Source of the DNA: Anthoceros angustus
Lineage: Eukaryota > Plantae > Anthocerotophyta
Assembly: GCA_010909165.1 (NCBI GenBank)
Contig: MU008160.1
Coordinates: 2,196,149 to 2,260,148 of the forward strand
Length of the DNA stretch: 64,000 bases
Reading direction: 5' to 3'
The notes beneath the pieces are model-generated. The model was not told where the DNA came from. It saw only the letters and a list, made by a program, of their open reading frames with translations, and searched no databases. The position numbers were made by a program, and so were the translations under genes. This document shows, one piece after another, positions 60,901-64,000 of the stretch (positions are counted from its first letter, which is position 1; each line of letters begins with the position of its first letter).

Positions 60901-62050
60901 AAAGGATCACCGCAGAGTGTGTTCTTGACAAAGACTTGCAACCGATACTAGATTCTTGCACATTGAAGGAACATGGAGGACTTGATGAAGATGAAGAACC
61001 CCGAATCACACTTGAATACAACGAACCGACACCCAATGGGTAGGTTGTGATCATCCCGTGAGGATCGATGTCCTGTGGGTCATGAGTAAGACTCAAAAGA
61101 GTTGTAACAAATATGTGAAGTAGCTCCACGCCTAAGTACCATGAGGTATTGGAGGGCTTGGAAGAAGCCAAGCACAAGTGAGCAGGAGTTGAGGAAGATT
61201 GTTTTCAACAATGTTAGCTCGTGGGGCCTCCTCCGAGGTTCCCCATTCTTCTTCTTACGACAATCCTTTTCCATGTGATTTGGGATTCGCACCAATTACA
61301 TATAATCCCGCTTCTTGTTACCTCTCAGTGTTGAAGAAGATGCCTCCATCATGGAAAGTATGGGGTCGGAAAGTAGAACCTCGGCCTCGCCTCGCCCTTC
61401 CTCTACCCCTTGTGAATACATCACCTGGTTTGTTGGCTGGAGTGATGACGCTGCTTGCCTCCTCCTCGTAGCAATGCTCCAATAAGTTCGAAACACCGAT
61501 GTCCGCTCTTCATTTGGATCTTCATCGCTTTTCCGACATTGCTAATCACCGCATTTTGAGTTGTAATGAAAGCCCTATAAGAAGGTGGCAATGAAGATAA
61601 GAGAATGACGTAAGCCTCCATCTCGAGATAGGTACGCCATTGAAGATTCCAAATGGGATCGTGCCAATAAAATGCATTAACATGATGTTCGATGGTGTCG
61701 GACTCCTTCATTGAGAGGTTGCGGAAGTTACGTGAAGTGCAACAATACTCATTACATCTCGAGATGAATATAATTGAGCAAGGTGAGTCCACATATCCTT
61801 GAGGTCTTTGCAGCGACATGTCTCACCATATGTTGAGAAAGTCCACGACCAATAAATCTTGTGCCTTCTCGCCTCAAGGCCCTGTGAAGGTTGAAGTTCA
61901 CGCTCAAATCGCGTTGGTCTTGAATTGATCCATCGAATAGCCCCAAAGGTCTCTTTGCCGCAAAGCTCCTCCTCATTCTCAATGACCGATGTCATAGTCT
62001 TTCCATTGAATCGCTCTTTCTCTTTGAAGTCACTATAATGATAATGCAAG
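57972..62050 (-). mobile_element. Copia D near-complete internal region: gag, zinc knuckle, protease, integrase, RT, RNase H; LTRs not found
   Basis: Gag N-terminus KERFNGK..., LSMKESDTIEHHV, ILLSSLPPSYRAFIT; degenerate CCHC (..IPNHMEKDCRKK); integrase and RT homologous to 36015-38792; heavily frameshifted. Confidence 0.88.
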
Positions 62051-62804
62051 GAGGTGTTAGTGTGATCTACCTTTGGGGATTAGTGGCTTGTTTGGTCCTC
62101 ATTGATCACTCCACCATTGTAGTTGATTTAGAGAACTAAATTGCCGAGGAAGCGCCTTCATCGCCTTCCGCTCATAACTAGATGAAGGTGATGCATCGCT
62201 ACTTGATTGCTTGCGAGAAATCATATCAATTAAAATGGACAACTTTGATCTAAAATCTAGGATTTGACTCATAAAGTCATGGAATTCGAGTTTATAAGGA
62301 AATAACTCTACAAATAGATTTAGGAGGTTGTCCAAATTAATTATATGTTAGCAAGAGAATAAGGTAAGATCTAGATCTGAATGTTTAATTTATCAAATAT
62401 TCTAGAAAGATCACAAACTTCGTGTTTTAAAAGTTCTATGTGATTATTAAGAGAATTTTGATAATGATGGATTTCTGATCTAATTTTTGCAACTACTTCA
62501 GATGTGGTATTGAGCTGCAAATTTGTAGATGAGGAGGAAGAAACAGTAGGGCCAGCACGCAAGTTGGGTACGTGATTAAGGGCTAATTCAATAGCTTTTA
62601 CCTGAATAAGGTTGAAAACTTTTAGCAAACTACGTCTATAGAGTTTGATTAATTCCCCTTGATCAGATTGTGAAATTAAAATAGAGGCAATAAAATTAGA
62701 GATGTAAATAGAGGTTCTATCAATTATGTCAAGTTCTCTATTACATCTAACCTGGCGCGATGGTGCGTGGGGGTCTCCTTGAGCTCGTGATGTGGCGGCG
62801 CCTT

Positions 62805-63250
62805 TGTGGAACGCAAAAGTTTGGGCAACTAGCTTAAATGAGTTCGTTTTGAAACAGGCCCACACTCTTTTGCTAGAAATGGTTTGGTGAAGACATGCAA
62901 GGAAATTTTTGCTCCTTTTGAGCGGAGTTGTAGGACCATGTCGGAAGGCAAAGAGGATATGCAGGAAAAGAAACGGGTCAAAACGACCCACCGGTGAGGA
63001 GAAAGGTAACTACATGAGTGGTAGGAGGTGTCCTACCACCGTAGGAGAAACTCCTACCATGGTAGACGAGGGTAGGAGAGATCCTACCACCGTAGGAGAA
63101 TGACCCCGCTAGTGTTTTGATCACCTACCAGGGAATAGCTCCTACCATGGTAGGAGAGGGTAGGAAGGTATCCCACCAGAGAAACTCCTACCGTGGTAGG
63201 AGAAAGGGAAAACGCCTACCATGGTAGGAGGATGTCCTACCAGTAGGAGA
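62805..63250. repeat. Third, partial copy of the G-family segment upstream of the extra ORF, with a palindrome cluster
   Basis: GTGGAACGCAAAAGTTTGGGCAACTAGC... matches ~32333 and ~55455. Confidence 0.8.
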
Positions 63251-63259
63251 TAGGTTTCT

Positions 63260-64000
63260 AAGGAAGGTAGCTTATGTTTTAGGCAGGATAGGCTTGCTAT
63301 ATATAGAGTCTTTTAGTGGACTAGATAAATAGGCCAAAATAGGTAATTAAGAAATTAGAGGCTAATTTTCAGTAATTAGAAATTAGAAAATAGGGAAATG
63401 GTATTTTAGTATAAGGAAATTAGGAAACTAACATCAATGGTGAGAAAGGGGCCACGTGGCACACATCCAAGGGCAGGATAGAATGGTAGTTACTTTTCTA
63501 ACCCTTGGGTGACTTATAAAAGTGGTTGCAGTGCCCGCAGGAGGCCACAACTCGTAAACTTGAAGAGACGGCCTCACAGCAGAAGGCGCCCGCCACACCT
63601 CAAGCTGCCCAAGGCCCCATACAGCACCGCATACACGCCACCGTGTTGAGGAGGAGAAGGAGGGCGCAAGCTCAAGAAGGAGGCGAAATCCGCCAGCGCC
63701 AAGAGAGGAAGAAGGAGGAAAAGAGGAAGAAGAGAAGGGAGAAGAAGGTTGGGGCAACCCAACACTTGCCAAGCTCGTGAGGGTGCCTAGGAGGGTGGAG
63801 CGTGGCAAGATTGCTAGGAAACCGTGCAGAAGGGCTCCTAAATTGTCGGTGTGTAAGAGTCCGGGGGAATTTTGGTGAGCTTTCTGCAGGAGAAATTGGG
63901 GTTTTTGAGGGACCAAGGTGTAAGGACTGCAGGAGGAGAGCAAGGGCAAGGACCTTTGAGCTGTGAGCAAGAGCAAATCAGAGGAGGAGAAACGTTTGCA
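63260..64000 (+). mobile_element. Possible LTR of another retrotransposon, running off the window
   Basis: AT-rich tract, TATAAAA near 63516, then a purine-rich GAGAAGAAGG leader; compositional evidence only. Confidence 0.3.

Noticed and set aside
62505-62515. TGGTATTGAGC as a tRNA-Met primer-binding site
   Set aside because: Imperfect match, no LTR end beside it, and on the wrong strand for the neighbouring copia D.
63434-63976. 180-aa minus-strand ORF
   Set aside because: Ser/Leu/Pro-rich shadow of a purine-rich LTR-like leader on the plus strand.

Overview
Land-plant nuclear DNA, probably from a non-seed plant (inferred from PLS-PPR sequence and compact introns; not proven). One intact host gene is present: a 5-exon type-B cytokinin response regulator (receiver + GARP/Myb, 3601-5870, +). 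Most of the rest is a nest of fragmented LTR retrotransposons: three Ty1/copia families (here A, D, E), an Athila/OTA-like Ty3/gypsy family (here G) with a ~0.8-kb LTR and a long extra coiled-coil ORF, and a chromovirus 3' fragment. From ~8.9 kb onward the nest occurs as two tandem copies of one block (~8.9-38.8 kb and ~38.8-60.6 kb). Each copy carries its own microhomology-bounded internal duplications and many single-base indels, so part of the structure may be long-read assembly noise. The most striking observation is a PLS-class PPR fragment (L-S-P motifs) between RNase H and integrase of the gypsy pol, seen in both block copies. Also notable: a ~440-bp PPT-containing segment that occurs in both orientations next to the gypsy LTR. 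All alignments and translations were done by eye.
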